From Bacteroidales bacterium (GTDB lineage: Bacteria; Bacteroidota; Bacteroidia; Bacteroidales; UBA932): a DNA stretch of 64,000 bases. A program made the position numbers and the translations under genes. Positions 1-10,800 of the stretch are shown piece after piece (position 1 is the first letter of the stretch; every line of letters begins with the position of its first letter). The notes under the pieces were generated by a model that saw only the letters and a list, made by a program, of their open reading frames with translations, did no database searches and had not been told where the DNA came from. Where the stretch lies: NCBI GenBank assembly GCA_036677745.1, contig JAVBVW010000005.1:307268-371267 (forward strand), given 5' to 3'.

Positions 1-92
1 TTGCTCGGAAAGCAGATAAAATTATATAATAAAAAGGGGGAATTTTAAAAAATTATTTATCAATAATTATTAACAAAAGCTGGTTAATAACC

Positions 93-100
93 TATATTTG
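93..100 (+). promoter_or_regulatory. Candidate Bacteroidota -7 promoter box (TATATTTG) upstream of mfd
   Basis: Exact match to the TAnnTTTG -7 consensus of Bacteroidota sigma-A promoters. It lies in the AT-rich intergenic region and ends 11 nt before the mfd ATG at 112. The motif is short and will also occur by chance. Confidence 0.35.
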
Positions 101-111
101 CAATCGCATTT

Positions 112-3100
112 ATGAACTACAATATAAACGAGAGATTTGAGAGGCAGAAAGGGGTGGGAGAGCTCTTATCCTTTGTTAACAACAAAGAGAAGGGTTGTCT
201 GGTTGTTCAGGGTCTGTACTCCTCTGCAAAAGCATTCGCAATTTGTGCTGCAGCAAAAAGCGGTATTCATATTGTTATGCTTAATAACAGAGAGGATGCA
301 ATTTATTGCAGCGGAGATCTGTACAAAATGATGGGTAAGGAGAGGGTATTCTTTTTCCCCTCATCCCGGAACCAAAGCCTCAGAAATATAAGAAAAGACA
401 CTTCGCATCAGGTTCAGAGAACAGCTGCGTTGAATGAGGTAAAAAGGTTTACCGAGGGAGAATCTCAATTTGAGAGTATAATTCTTGTTACATATCCTCA
501 TGCCGTATCGGAGTTGATTATTGACAGAAAGTCCCTTAAGTCAAATATTCTTAAAATTTCAAAAGGGGATACCCTTTCTCATGATTTTATAAGAGAGACC
601 CTTATTGCATACTCCTTTACAAAAGTTGATTTTGTTACCGAGCCGGGGCAATTTGCATTGAGGGGAGGTCTTATCGATCTCTTTTCGTTCTCTGACAACA
701 GGCCGTACAGAATTGATTTTTTCGGAGATACTGTTGAGAATATTAAGGTCTTTGATATAGAGACTCAACGTTCGGCAGAAGAGAGAGAGAGTATTGAAAT
801 ATTCCCGGATATATTTGAGATGGAGGAGAGTAGCCGGGAGAATATTTTTAACTTTTCCGGTAGTTCGTCGGTTTTGTGGATAACGGATGAGCCTTGGTTC
901 AGGTCGCAGATAAAGCTTATAGAAGATCATAAGACAGAGGGTGAAAAGCTGTTGACATACACTGAATTCGTTGATATAACTCAATCCCGTAAAAGAGTTT
1001 TATTTGGCCCGCTGCAGGGAGATTACAAAGAGTATGAGACTGTTTTGTTTCATACAACACCTCAGCCCGTATTCAATAAAAATTTTGAACTTCTTGCAAG
1101 AGAAATTTCCCAAAAAAAGTCTCAGGAATTTGAAGTTTGGCTTCTGAGTGAAAACCCAAGCCAGACAGAACGGATCAGAAATATACTTAACTCTCTGGAA
1201 ATAGATGGAGTGGGGGATATTAGATTTGACACAGAAAATATCTCAATTCACGAAGGCTTTATTGATTACAATGCCCAAATCTGCCTTTACACAGATCATC
1301 AGATATTTGAAAGGCATCACAGAGTTAAACCACACAGAACTGTAGAAAAGAGTGAACGACTTACCATCAGTGAGCTTAACTCTTTTGAAATAGGTGATTA
1401 CATTGTACATATTGATCATGGAACAGGTCAGTTTGGCGGCCTTGTAAAGACTCAGATTAATGGAAAGCAGCAAGAGGCGGTTAAGCTTATTTATAAGGAT
1501 GGTGATGTAATTTTTGTATCAATTCACGGACTTCACCGGATATCAAGATATAAGTCGAAAGATGCCTCTCCGCCAAAAGTTTATAAACTTGGAACAGGGG
1601 CATGGCAGAAGCTTAAAAGCCAGACAAAATCCAAAGTAAAGGATATAGCCAAAGATCTTATAGAGCTCTATTCAAAGAGGAGAGATGCACAGGGATTCGC
1701 ATTTTCTCCGGACTCTTTTATGCAACAGGAGCTTGAGGCCTCTTTTATGTATGAAGATACCCCTGACCAGCTAAAAGCTACCGATGCCATAAAAGAGGAT
1801 ATGGAAAGAAACTTTCCAATGGACAGATTAATTTGCGGTGATGTTGGCTTTGGAAAAACCGAATTGGCAGTGAGGGCTGCTTTTAAGGCTGTAGCAGACA
1901 ACAAACAGGTGGCCCTTTTGGTACCTACAACAATTCTGGCTCTGCAGCATTATAAGACTTTTACCGGAAGGCTAAAAGATTTCCCTTGCAATATTGCATA
2001 TATAAGCAGACTAAAAACCTCATCCGAAATTAAGGAGATTACAGATTCGCTCGAGAAAGGCAAGACAGATATCATCATTGGAACTCACAGACTGTTAAAC
2101 AAAGAGATAAAATTTAAGGATCTGGGACTGCTTATTATAGATGAGGAGCAAAAGTTTGGGGTAGCTGCTAAGGAGAGGTTAAGACAGCTGAAATTAAATG
2201 TGGACACACTCACCCTCTCGGCAACTCCTATTCCAAGGACTCTCCAGTTTTCTCTGCTTGGTGCCAGAGACTTATCAATTATTAACACACCTCCTCCCAA
2301 CCGCTTACCTATCCAGACAGAGGTTATTGATTTTAATGAGGATATCATAAGAGATGCTATAAACTACGAAATGGAGAGGGGTGGTCAGGTCTTTTTTGTC
2401 CACAACAGAGTAGAAGATATTAAATCTGTGGAGGATATTGTTAGGAGGTTGTGTCCGGACGTTAAGACCTGTACAGGCCATGGACAGATGGATCCCGCAA
2501 CGCTCGAAAAGACAGTGCTTGACTTTATGATGGGAGATTATGATGTTATGATCTCTACAACAATAGTAGAAAATGGGATTGACATTCCAAATGCAAATAC
2601 TATAATAATTAACCAGGCTCAGAATTTCGGATTGAGCGATCTGCATCAGTTAAGGGGCAGGGTCGGCCGTTCTAACGTCAAGGCATTTTGCTACCTTATT
2701 GTTCCCTCTATGGTATCTCTTACAGACGAGGCCAGAAGGAGGATAAGGGCCATCGAAACCTTTTCTGACCTCGGAAGCGGGTTTAACATTGCGATGCAGG
2801 ATCTGGATATAAGAGGAGCCGGCAATCTGCTTGGGGCAGAACAGAGTGGTTTTATAGCAGATATGGGTTTTGAGACATATCAGAGAATTCTGGGTGAGGC
2901 CTTTGCAGAAATAAGAGCAGAACAGGGCCTGCCTGTCTCAGATAAGGAGGGTAAAGAGGAGAGTTTTATAACAGATTGTTCAATTGATACAGACCTTGAA
3001 ATTCTTTTCCCTGACACATATATCGGAATTATATCAGAGAAGATTAAACTCTATAAAGAGCTTGATGCAATCTCAGATGAGAGAGAGCTTAACAGGTTTA

Positions 3101-3420
3101 CAGAGGATATACAGGACAGATTCGGACCTATGCCCGAAGAGGCCAGGCAGCTGACCTTTATTGTGAAACTAAGATGGCTGGCAATAGAACTTGGATTTGA
3201 AAAGATTATACTCAAAAACGGAATTCTGATTGCCTACTTCGTAAGTAATCAGATGTCGGCCTACTACTCCTCATCAAAGTTCTCTGCAATTCTCAATTAT
3301 CTTCAGAAACAACATAAGAGATTCCGAATCAAAGAACAAAAAGAAAAGTTATATATAACTGTCCAGAATATAAACAGCGTGGAACAGGCATATAATATAT
3401 TTTTAGAGATGAAGTTTTAA
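112..3420 (+). CDS. mfd: Transcription-repair coupling factor Mfd
   Basis: 1102-aa ORF. It has a UvrB-homology N-terminal region, a CarD/RID-like segment (FEIGDYIVHIDHGTGQFGG), a superfamily-2 helicase core (GDVGFGKTE Walker A, DEEQKFG, TLSATPIPRT, QLRGRVGRS) and a TRCF C-terminal domain. Confidence 0.95.
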   Translation: MNYNINERFERQKGVGELLSFVNNKEKGCLVVQGLYSSAKAFAICAAAKSGIHIVMLNNREDAIYCSGDLYKMMGKERVFFFPSSRNQSLRNIRKDTSHQVQRTAALNEVKRFTEGESQFESIILVTYPHAVSELIIDRKSLKSNILKISKGDTLSHDFIRETLIAYSFTKVDFVTEPGQFALRGGLIDLFSFSDNRPYRIDFFGDTVENIKVFDIETQRSAEERESIEIFPDIFEMEESSRENIFNFSGSSSVLWITDEPWFRSQIKLIEDHKTEGEKLLTYTEFVDITQSRKRVLFGPLQGDYKEYETVLFHTTPQPVFNKNFELLAREISQKKSQEFEVWLLSENPSQTERIRNILNSLEIDGVGDIRFDTENISIHEGFIDYNAQICLYTDHQIFERHHRVKPHRTVEKSERLTISELNSFEIGDYIVHIDHGTGQFGGLVKTQINGKQQEAVKLIYKDGDVIFVSIHGLHRISRYKSKDASPPKVYKLGTGAWQKLKSQTKSKVKDIAKDLIELYSKRRDAQGFAFSPDSFMQQELEASFMYEDTPDQLKATDAIKEDMERNFPMDRLICGDVGFGKTELAVRAAFKAVADNKQVALLVPTTILALQHYKTFTGRLKDFPCNIAYISRLKTSSEIKEITDSLEKGKTDIIIGTHRLLNKEIKFKDLGLLIIDEEQKFGVAAKERLRQLKLNVDTLTLSATPIPRTLQFSLLGARDLSIINTPPPNRLPIQTEVIDFNEDIIRDAINYEMERGGQVFFVHNRVEDIKSVEDIVRRLCPDVKTCTGHGQMDPATLEKTVLDFMMGDYDVMISTTIVENGIDIPNANTIIINQAQNFGLSDLHQLRGRVGRSNVKAFCYLIVPSMVSLTDEARRRIRAIETFSDLGSGFNIAMQDLDIRGAGNLLGAEQSGFIADMGFETYQRILGEAFAEIRAEQGLPVSDKEGKEESFITDCSIDTDLEILFPDTYIGIISEKIKLYKELDAISDERELNRFTEDIQDRFGPMPEEARQLTFIVKLRWLAIELGFEKIILKNGILIAYFVSNQMSAYYSSSKFSAILNYLQKQHKRFRIKEQKEKLYITVQNINSVEQAYNIFLEMKF

Positions 3421-3431
3421 TTTTTTTACCT

Positions 3432-4163
3432 TTGCCGCTTGTGACAAATTTGGTTATTGATATAGGAAATTCATCGGTTAAGGCATCTTTTGCGAATGGA
3501 ATGTCTCTGGAAGAGGTAGTTAGATTCGATGGGGAGGATGTTGCCGGCTTCATATGGGGTATTGCAAACAACAGGGAGATTGCAGTAATCGCAGTATCTT
3601 CTGTCAGAAAATTTGCAGAGGGATTTTTTAATCAGTTTACCAATCTGTGCCAAAAGCTGATTGTAGTTGACCATAGTACAGAGATACCGTTGATAAACAG
3701 GTATAAATCACCAACTACACTTGGCACAGACAGACTTATTGCGGCGGTTGCAGCAGCAGAACTCTTCCCTGGGAGAAAAAGTATAATTTTTGATTTTGGC
3801 ACAGCACTTACAATCGATTTTATCGGAGAAAACAGAGAATTTTCCGGGGGTAATATTTCGTTGGGAATGAGGAGCAGATTCAGAGCGTTACATGATTATA
3901 CTGAGCGACTTCCGTTGATAAATACACCCGTTGATGTTGTTGATATAGGGGGTAATACATCGGAGGCTGTAGCAAGTGGTGTAATTTTAGGTCTGATTTT
4001 TGAGATTGAAGGTTATATGAAAAGCTATCCGGAGTATATTTATATATTTACAGGTGGTGATGCGATTTATTTTGCAGAAAAATTGAAAAGTTCGATATTT
4101 GTAGTTTACAATTTAGTATTGATGGGTTTGGCCCGAGTGGCAGAGTATTATGCAAAATCTTAA
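3432..4163 (+). CDS. coaX: Type III pantothenate kinase (CoaX)
   Basis: 243-aa ORF. The N-terminal LVIDIGNSSVK phosphate-1 motif and the later GTDR and DFGTA motifs are typical of the ASKHA-fold CoaX. The listed start is a non-ATG codon, so the exact start is uncertain. Confidence 0.88.
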   Translation: MPLVTNLVIDIGNSSVKASFANGMSLEEVVRFDGEDVAGFIWGIANNREIAVIAVSSVRKFAEGFFNQFTNLCQKLIVVDHSTEIPLINRYKSPTTLGTDRLIAAVAAAELFPGRKSIIFDFGTALTIDFIGENREFSGGNISLGMRSRFRALHDYTERLPLINTPVDVVDIGGNTSEAVASGVILGLIFEIEGYMKSYPEYIYIFTGGDAIYFAEKLKSSIFVVYNLVLMGLARVAEYYAKS

Positions 4164-4164
4164 A

Positions 4165-5454
4165 ATGAAAAAGTTAATTGCGGCGTTTGCGGCAATTTTA
4201 TTTACAGGGCAGTTTGCAATTGCCCAGAATACAGATGCTTTGGGCACTTTCACACCCTATTCTGTTTTTGGTGTGGGGGATATCAATAAAAGCGGAACTG
4301 CGCTGAACAAGGCAATGGGAGGCATAGGTGTGGGTTTAAGAGATAACCGCCTTATAAATTTTATGAATCCGGCTTCTCTCACAGAGAGAGACCCACAGTC
4401 ATTTATGATGGATTTTGGTTTAAGCCAGAAGAATATCTACAACTCAAACTCTTCCAACTCTTCTGCTTACAACGTGTTTAATATGAACCATGTGGTCATT
4501 ACACTTCCGTTGTATAAAAAATCGGCAGTTGCGGCAGGTGTTGCGCCGTTCAGCAGTGTCGGATACAAATTCGAAGAGAGAGAGACAGATCCTGAGATTA
4601 TTAATGAGATGGGAGAGATCCGATACAGGAGATACGGCACCGGAGGTATTACAAAGGCATTTGTAGGGGCATCGATGGATTTTCTTAAAAACTTTTCGGT
4701 AGGTGCAGAGGGAATTAACTATTTTGGAACAATTGACAGATATTCCGATGTTCTGTTTCTTACCAACTCTACATACAGAACAATAAATACCGGAATGGAT
4801 TATGTGGTAAGCTCACTTGCTGCAAAATTCGGACTTCAGTATAAAAACGAGATTAAAAAGGATATTGACCTGACGATTGGTGCAACGTGGCTTACCGGAA
4901 CAAAGCTTAAAGGAGATCTTACCAAATATGCATATGCAACCGGAGTTGCCGGAGCAAGAGATACTGTTTACCACAATGTATCAGAAAATACTCAGATGGA
5001 GATCCCTTCTGAACTTGGAATAGGTTTCTCTCTAAGAAAAAAAGATAAATGGCTGATAGGTGCAGATTATATCAGACAAGACTGGAGCAGTGCAAACTTT
5101 GGAACAACTCCCGGAGTTGACTTTTCTCCGGCGGTGAGCAATTCATTCAGAGTGGGTTTTGAATATATCCCTAACAGATATGATATTCGTTACTATTCAA
5201 GAAGGATAACATACAGAGGAGGAGCATACTACGAGAATACATATATGAAGGTCAACGGGAATCAGATTAACTCTATGGGTATAACCTTTGGAGCTACTCT
5301 CCCTGTTCTCAGGCTCTATAATGGCCTGGGACTCTCCGTTGATATGGGTCAGAGAGGTTCTGTAAAGAATAACCTCGTTAGAGAGAGATATGTGATGTTT
5401 AACATCAGCTTCTCATTGCACGATATTTGGTTTATCAAATACAGATACGATTAA
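4165..5454 (+). CDS. Outer-membrane beta-barrel protein of unknown function (putative porin/FadL-PorV-like)
   Basis: The ATG at 4165 directly follows the coaX stop and gives MKKLIAAFAAILFTGQFAIAQ (signal peptide, Gln at +1). The sequence is rich in alternating aromatic/Gly beta-strand patterns and has an aromatic-rich C-terminus. The family name is not recognised with certainty. Confidence 0.6.
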   Translation: MKKLIAAFAAILFTGQFAIAQNTDALGTFTPYSVFGVGDINKSGTALNKAMGGIGVGLRDNRLINFMNPASLTERDPQSFMMDFGLSQKNIYNSNSSNSSAYNVFNMNHVVITLPLYKKSAVAAGVAPFSSVGYKFEERETDPEIINEMGEIRYRRYGTGGITKAFVGASMDFLKNFSVGAEGINYFGTIDRYSDVLFLTNSTYRTINTGMDYVVSSLAAKFGLQYKNEIKKDIDLTIGATWLTGTKLKGDLTKYAYATGVAGARDTVYHNVSENTQMEIPSELGIGFSLRKKDKWLIGADYIRQDWSSANFGTTPGVDFSPAVSNSFRVGFEYIPNRYDIRYYSRRITYRGGAYYENTYMKVNGNQINSMGITFGATLPVLRLYNGLGLSVDMGQRGSVKNNLVRERYVMFNISFSLHDIWFIKYRYD

Positions 5455-5476
5455 TTACCGGGAATAATATAATTTA

Positions 5477-6802
5477 ATGATCATGAAAAAAGTAAAAATT
5501 TTATTAACCATTACATTCCTGTCGCTAGCTGTTTCAGTGGGATTTGCTCAGGGCACCCTCGCCAGTCAGAGCCCGGAGTGTTTAAAATTTCTAAACTACC
5601 TTAAGACAGATATGGAGCAGGGTAACCTGAATGATGCTGCCGCTAACTGGCGGGGAGCGTTTCTTCACTGTGATCCGGGTGTAAGACAGGGGATATACAC
5701 CGACGGGCAGAGAATTTTCAGGTATCTGATTGAAAAGAACAAAGCCAATCCTTCTGTTAAGAATGCATTGATTGACTCTCTTTTTATGATGTTCGATTTG
5801 AGGATACAGTACTTTCCAGGCTCAGCCGCAAGTGCTGCAGAATTTAAGGTGTATGATATGCTTCAGTACAAAGCAGATAAAACGGAGGAGATTCTTAAGA
5901 CTATAGATCAGGCAATAACTATTGCCAAAGAGAAGACAGAGCCTGCATTGCTTTTGACAAAAATGCAGAAAGTTCTTGAACTTCACGCTGCAGGAAAAGT
6001 TGATGCAGAAAAGGTGATGGAGACATATTCTGCCATTACCCCGATGATTGATGCAAGAATTGCCGCAAAACATCCGGATGCAGACCAGATTAAAAAAGAT
6101 ATTGATAATCTGTTTGCAAGCAGCGGAGTTGCGAGTTGCGAGAATATCGTACATCTGTTTACACCTAGATATAACGAGAACCCTAACGACAGAGCGCTTA
6201 TTAACACAATCGTAAAACTTCTGAGTGACGGGGAGTGTACAACTGAACCTCTGTTCCTGAATGCAGTTCAGGCTTTGCATACTCTTGAACCTAGTTTCCA
6301 GAGCGCATACTATCTCTTTAAGCTATACGCTGGTAAAGAAGATCATGAGAACGCCATTAAACTTTTACTTGAGGCAATAGAGAGTGAGCAATCAACAGAA
6401 GATCAGGATGCCAATATGCTTATTGAACTCTCTAACTACTATATGCAAAAAATGGAGAACATTAATAAGGCTGCCGAATATGCAAAAATGGCTATGCAAA
6501 AGAGCACTGCCGTTGCAGGAAGAGCAAACCTTATTCTTGGTCTTGTTTGGGGAAGTGTAAGATGTCAGGGTAACGAGGTTGAAACAAGAGCCAAATACTG
6601 GGTTGCAGTTGACTATCTGATAAGAGCCAGAAATGCTGACCCTTCCATTGCTGAGGAGGCGTCAAGATATATCTCGTCATACAGCCAGTACTTCCCTGCA
6701 CAGGAAGAGGCGTTTATGTATGACATAATTGACGGATCTTCATACACCGTAAGTTGTGGTGGTATGAGAGAGACAACAATTGTGAGAACCAGAAAACAAT
6801 AA
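5477..6802 (+). CDS. Secreted helical-repeat (TPR-like) protein, function unknown
   Basis: 441-aa ORF with a signal peptide (…VGFAQGT) and an alpha-helical repeat-like composition. It sits between the OMP gene and lptC, as in many Bacteroidia. Confidence 0.55.
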   Translation: MIMKKVKILLTITFLSLAVSVGFAQGTLASQSPECLKFLNYLKTDMEQGNLNDAAANWRGAFLHCDPGVRQGIYTDGQRIFRYLIEKNKANPSVKNALIDSLFMMFDLRIQYFPGSAASAAEFKVYDMLQYKADKTEEILKTIDQAITIAKEKTEPALLLTKMQKVLELHAAGKVDAEKVMETYSAITPMIDARIAAKHPDADQIKKDIDNLFASSGVASCENIVHLFTPRYNENPNDRALINTIVKLLSDGECTTEPLFLNAVQALHTLEPSFQSAYYLFKLYAGKEDHENAIKLLLEAIESEQSTEDQDANMLIELSNYYMQKMENINKAAEYAKMAMQKSTAVAGRANLILGLVWGSVRCQGNEVETRAKYWVAVDYLIRARNADPSIAEEASRYISSYSQYFPAQEEAFMYDIIDGSSYTVSCGGMRETTIVRTRKQ

Positions 6803-7443
6803 TGAAAAGCAGCTCTTTAAACAGGGCAAAAATTTATATGGTAGCAGTCACAGCGGTGATTGCTACCATTCTTTTCTCATGCAAGGATGATATCCCCGTT
6901 GCATCAATTCTCACCAGCGAAGATACACCATCACAAAGGGTAGAGGGGATGACTGTAATTCAGTTTTCAAGAGGAATTACATCTTATGTGGTAGAGGCAG
7001 CTGCAATGGAGAGATACTCCGAAGCGGAGAAGCCATATGATGTGTTCCCGTCCGGAATTATTCTTAAAGGATACTCAGCAGAGGGGCTACTTGAGACCAA
7101 AATCAGGGCAGATTACGCTAAGCATATTAATGAAAAATCAGAACAAGAGATCTGGGAGGCATACGGAAATGTTGTCATAAACAATTACGTAAAAGGGGAG
7201 AAAATGGAGACAGACACTCTCTTCTGGAACAGACTTACTCAACGAATTTACACCCACACATGGGTAAAACTCTATACACCTGACATGTTTATGCAGGGGT
7301 ATGGAATGGAGTCGGATGATATGGCAAGAAATGCCGTTATTCAAAGGCCATTCGACAGTTATGCAATTGTTAGAAGAGATTCCACAGAAATTCCCTATCT
7401 TGATACTGTAAACTTTATAGGACCACTACTCAAAGTAAAATAA
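6802..7443 (+). CDS. lptC: LptC-like LPS export periplasmic lipoprotein
   Basis: The ATG at 6802 overlaps the upstream stop (TAATG) and gives MKSSSLNRAKIYMVAVTAVIATILFSC. The pattern of a membrane anchor/lipobox followed by a beta-jellyroll-like segment (…ADYAKH…WEAYGNVVINN…TDTLFWN…GYGMESDDM) is typical of Bacteroidota LptC. The upstream extension to 6754 in the ORF track is rejected. Confidence 0.7.
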   Translation: MKSSSLNRAKIYMVAVTAVIATILFSCKDDIPVASILTSEDTPSQRVEGMTVIQFSRGITSYVVEAAAMERYSEAEKPYDVFPSGIILKGYSAEGLLETKIRADYAKHINEKSEQEIWEAYGNVVINNYVKGEKMETDTLFWNRLTQRIYTHTWVKLYTPDMFMQGYGMESDDMARNAVIQRPFDSYAIVRRDSTEIPYLDTVNFIGPLLKVK

Positions 7444-8561
7444 TGGATATAGCGATAATTATATCTTCTGTTTCAATTATTATAATGGCGCTTATATCGG
7501 CTATAGAAAGCTCATTAAACCGATATAACAGACTAAGATTTGAGGTAGATAAAAAACAGGAGAAGAGATATGCCGTGGTTATGGATGACCTCCTTGAAAA
7601 TGAAGGAGAGTTAAAATCCTCTCTGAGATTGGCATATGATCTTTTTCTAACTGCTGCTGTAGTATCTTTGGCATCGGTTTTTAACAACCTTATTCTTGGC
7701 ATTGCCGTTGCCTTTTTTGGCCTGCTTTTTCTGACAAAAATCCTACCTCTGGCTGTTTCATCGGTTAACGGACACTTTATCATTGAAAACCTTTGGTTTG
7801 TTGCAAAGATATTCCACCTTGTGTTATCACCGTTCGTCAGAAAAGAGAAGAGAACCATAAATCCGGAAAGAGAGGTGTCGGGCGACATGGTTATTTTTCA
7901 GAATGCTCTCAACTTTTCTGAGGTTAAGGTCAGAGAGTGCATGATTCCCAGAACAGAGATATGCGCTGTTTCAGAAGATGCATCAATTGATACGCTACTT
8001 GCGCAGTTTGCAGAATCTAAGTACTCGAGAATTATTGTATACAGAGAGAATCTTGACCGGATAACAGGCTATGTTCACTCAAAGGATCTGTTTTCCGGCA
8101 GAAGACCGGTTAAAGAGATTATCAGAGACATTGAATTTGTACCGGAAGATATGGATGCTCAGACTTTGCTGGCTAACCTGATTAAAAATAAAAACTCCAT
8201 AGCTGTGGTTACCGACCAGTACGGAGGTACGGCAGGAATTGTGACCCTGGAGGATCTTATCGAGGAGATTTTCGGAGAGATATCCGATGAATTGGATAAA
8301 GAGGATCTTATAGAAAAGAGAGTATCGGAAAATGAATATATCTTTTCTGCCCGTCTTGAGATTAAGTATCTCAACAAAACCTACGATCTTGATATTCCCG
8401 AAAATGATGATTATGAAACTTTGGCAGGCTTCATAACATGGTTTAACGAAAACATACCTTCGGAGGGAGAGCAGCTCAGCTATGATAAATATGAATTTTC
8501 CATTATAAAAACCACATCCAACAGAGTAGAGAGCGTATCCTTGCGAATTGTGGGGGAATAG
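7443..8561 (+). CDS. CBS-pair / CorC_HlyC 'hemolysin' family membrane protein (CNNM/GldE-like)
   Basis: 372 aa. It has an N-terminal hydrophobic region, then a CBS pair (VRECMIPRTEI…, IAVVTDQYGGTAGIVTLEDLIEEIFGEI) and a C-terminal transporter-associated domain. Confidence 0.85.
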   Translation: MDIAIIISSVSIIIMALISAIESSLNRYNRLRFEVDKKQEKRYAVVMDDLLENEGELKSSLRLAYDLFLTAAVVSLASVFNNLILGIAVAFFGLLFLTKILPLAVSSVNGHFIIENLWFVAKIFHLVLSPFVRKEKRTINPEREVSGDMVIFQNALNFSEVKVRECMIPRTEICAVSEDASIDTLLAQFAESKYSRIIVYRENLDRITGYVHSKDLFSGRRPVKEIIRDIEFVPEDMDAQTLLANLIKNKNSIAVVTDQYGGTAGIVTLEDLIEEIFGEISDELDKEDLIEKRVSENEYIFSARLEIKYLNKTYDLDIPENDDYETLAGFITWFNENIPSEGEQLSYDKYEFSIIKTTSNRVESVSLRIVGE

Positions 8562-8631
8562 GATTATTCATAAACAAAAATTTACTATCTTCGCGCCTTA
8601 CAAGAAAATAAACAAATTAAACAATAATAAA

Positions 8632-10731
8632 ATGGCAGTTCTCGAGAAGATCCGCGTCAAAATGGGTGTCTTTATTACAGCAATCATCGGATTGGCACTC
8701 GTTTCATTTATCTTAGACGCAGACACATTACAATCGGCATTATCTGTTTTCTCTTCAAAATACGATGTGGGGGAGATGAACGGGAAATCGATATCTTATC
8801 AAGATTTTCAAAAAAGGGTTGATTACTTTAACCGGATTAATCAGATAGCTTCAGGCTCTGCCTCTGTAGATGAGCAGACATCTGAAATGATTCTCAGAAG
8901 CGCGTGGCAGGATCTGCTTAGCGACAATGTGATTATTCCGTATATTGAATCAGCAGGGGTTGCAGTAGGAGACGAAGAGATGTTTGATCTGAGTCAGGGC
9001 AAAAATATTTCACCGGTTTTAGCAAGAGAACAGGCATTTATGGGCGAAAGCGGAATGTTTGACAGGAACCTTCTTGTACAGTTTATAAAAACCATTCCAA
9101 TGGACGAAACAGGTAACCTGGCAACTTACTGGGAATATCTGGAGAAGAATATGATGGTAGATCAGCTTGTCTCAAAATATGTTACCCTTCTTGCAAAGAG
9201 CAGTATCCAGAACCCTGTCGAACTCAGAAGAGGCATAGAGGATAACAATGTTACATCAGATGTTTCCTTTATTGTTCAGCCATACTCATTTACAGAGGAT
9301 ACTTCAATTGTTGTAACAAGATCGGAGGTTAGAGACTACTACAACAAATATAAACACAACTTCGATCAGCCTGCCAGCAGAGACCTCGAATATGTGGTAT
9401 TTGAAGTTGCCCCTTCGATGGAGGATATAAATGCAGCTGAAGATGATATTGAGAAGTTGATGGATGAGTTTTCAACCACCGACAACCTCAAGCTGTTTTT
9501 AGCACGTAACTCAGACAAACCTTTGGATGCATACTATTATAAAGCAGGCGAACTTGCATCTAAATCACCTGTGCTGGACAGCTTTGCGTTTAAGGCAAAA
9601 TACAGCGATATTCTACCGATATTCAAAGAGGGGAACACATTTAAGGCAGCCAGAATTAATTCTATGAAACTGATGCCTGACTCTGTTTATGTACAGCATA
9701 TACTTCTCCCTAACCAGGATAAAGCTCTTGCCAAAAAAGATGCAGACAGTTTAATCAATCTTATAGCAAAGGGAGCAGACTTTTCTCAGGTTGCTGCAGC
9801 AAACTCGTTGGACAAAAATCCTAACACTGTTCCCGGTGAAATAGGATGGATGACTCAGAGTGCGATGATACCAGGATTTGACACTTGCTTTGTTGCAACT
9901 CCCGGTAAACTCTTTACACTTGAAACTCAATACGGACTCCACATAATTAATGTAAAAGAGAGGACTAAGCCAGTAAACAAAGTGCAACTTGCTGTTCTTG
10001 AGAAATCTGCTGTTGCAGGAAGAGAGACATACCAAGGTTTTTACGCAAAGGCAAATGAACTTGCTTCAAGATCTGAAGGTAAGATTGAGAAATTCAACGA
10101 AGTGGCAAAAGAGATGAATGTGGTTCCATTACAGGCATACAATATTGCAGAGGGCGCAAAGAGTGTTGCTAACTATCCAAATACAAGAGAGATTTCAAGA
10201 TGGGCTTATGAAGCAAATGTAGGTGATGTTTCTCAGATTATTTCGGTAGATAACAAATACTTCTTTATTGTTGCATTAACTAAAGTGAGAGAAAAAGGAA
10301 TTCCTGCTGTTGAAAGCATAGAGAAGGAGATTGCTTCTGTACTAAGAAAAGAGAAGGCTAATGAAAAGCTTGTTGCCTCTGTAAAAGAGAAGACAGCCGG
10401 CCTTACCTCTCTGGATGCAATTGCAGAGGCCTTAGGAACAACTGTAAGCAAACAGACTGGTGTTTCATTCGGTGCTCCGGGATCGCAGCAATTTGACCCT
10501 AAATTTATAGGTTTTGTTGCAGGTGCAACCCCGAACACTCTTGTTGGCCCTGTAGCCGGAAATATCGGAGCGTACATCTTTACTGTTGATTCGCGCGAAA
10601 CCGGTGCATTCTTTACAGAGGACGATGCAAAGGCAAGGACCAATCAGGTTCTGGGATACCAGGTTCAGATGATCCCTGCCATTCTTGAGAAGGCTGCAAA
10701 AGTTGTTGATAACAGAGCAAAATTCTTTTAG
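8632..10731 (+). CDS. Periplasmic peptidyl-prolyl isomerase / chaperone (PpiD/SurA-like)
   Basis: The ATG at 8632 gives MAVLEKIRVKMGVFITAIIGLALVSFIL, the N-terminal anchor typical of PpiD. There is a central parvulin-like segment (VQHILL…GEIGWMTQ…). The longer ORF starting at 8548 is rejected. Confidence 0.85.
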   Translation: MAVLEKIRVKMGVFITAIIGLALVSFILDADTLQSALSVFSSKYDVGEMNGKSISYQDFQKRVDYFNRINQIASGSASVDEQTSEMILRSAWQDLLSDNVIIPYIESAGVAVGDEEMFDLSQGKNISPVLAREQAFMGESGMFDRNLLVQFIKTIPMDETGNLATYWEYLEKNMMVDQLVSKYVTLLAKSSIQNPVELRRGIEDNNVTSDVSFIVQPYSFTEDTSIVVTRSEVRDYYNKYKHNFDQPASRDLEYVVFEVAPSMEDINAAEDDIEKLMDEFSTTDNLKLFLARNSDKPLDAYYYKAGELASKSPVLDSFAFKAKYSDILPIFKEGNTFKAARINSMKLMPDSVYVQHILLPNQDKALAKKDADSLINLIAKGADFSQVAAANSLDKNPNTVPGEIGWMTQSAMIPGFDTCFVATPGKLFTLETQYGLHIINVKERTKPVNKVQLAVLEKSAVAGRETYQGFYAKANELASRSEGKIEKFNEVAKEMNVVPLQAYNIAEGAKSVANYPNTREISRWAYEANVGDVSQIISVDNKYFFIVALTKVREKGIPAVESIEKEIASVLRKEKANEKLVASVKEKTAGLTSLDAIAEALGTTVSKQTGVSFGAPGSQQFDPKFIGFVAGATPNTLVGPVAGNIGAYIFTVDSRETGAFFTEDDAKARTNQVLGYQVQMIPAILEKAAKVVDNRAKFF

Positions 10732-10773
10732 ACTCAAACAGCACTTTTAATTTAACCGCTGATACCAAAAAAA

Positions 10774-10800
10774 ATGACCTCCACGGAGGTCATTTTTTAT
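10774..10800 (+). terminator. Rho-independent terminator after the PPIase gene (bidirectional shape)
   Basis: AAAAAAA-ATGACCTCC-ac-GGAGGTCAT-TTTTTTAT. This is an 8-9 bp perfect stem flanked by an A-run and a T-run, about 40 nt after the stop at 10731. Confidence 0.75.

Noticed and set aside
6754-8631. Upstream-extended starts for lptC (6754) and the PPIase (8548)
   Set aside because: The extensions overlap upstream genes or lack signal sequences. The internal ATGs at 6802 and 8632 give the expected lipobox/anchor N-termini.
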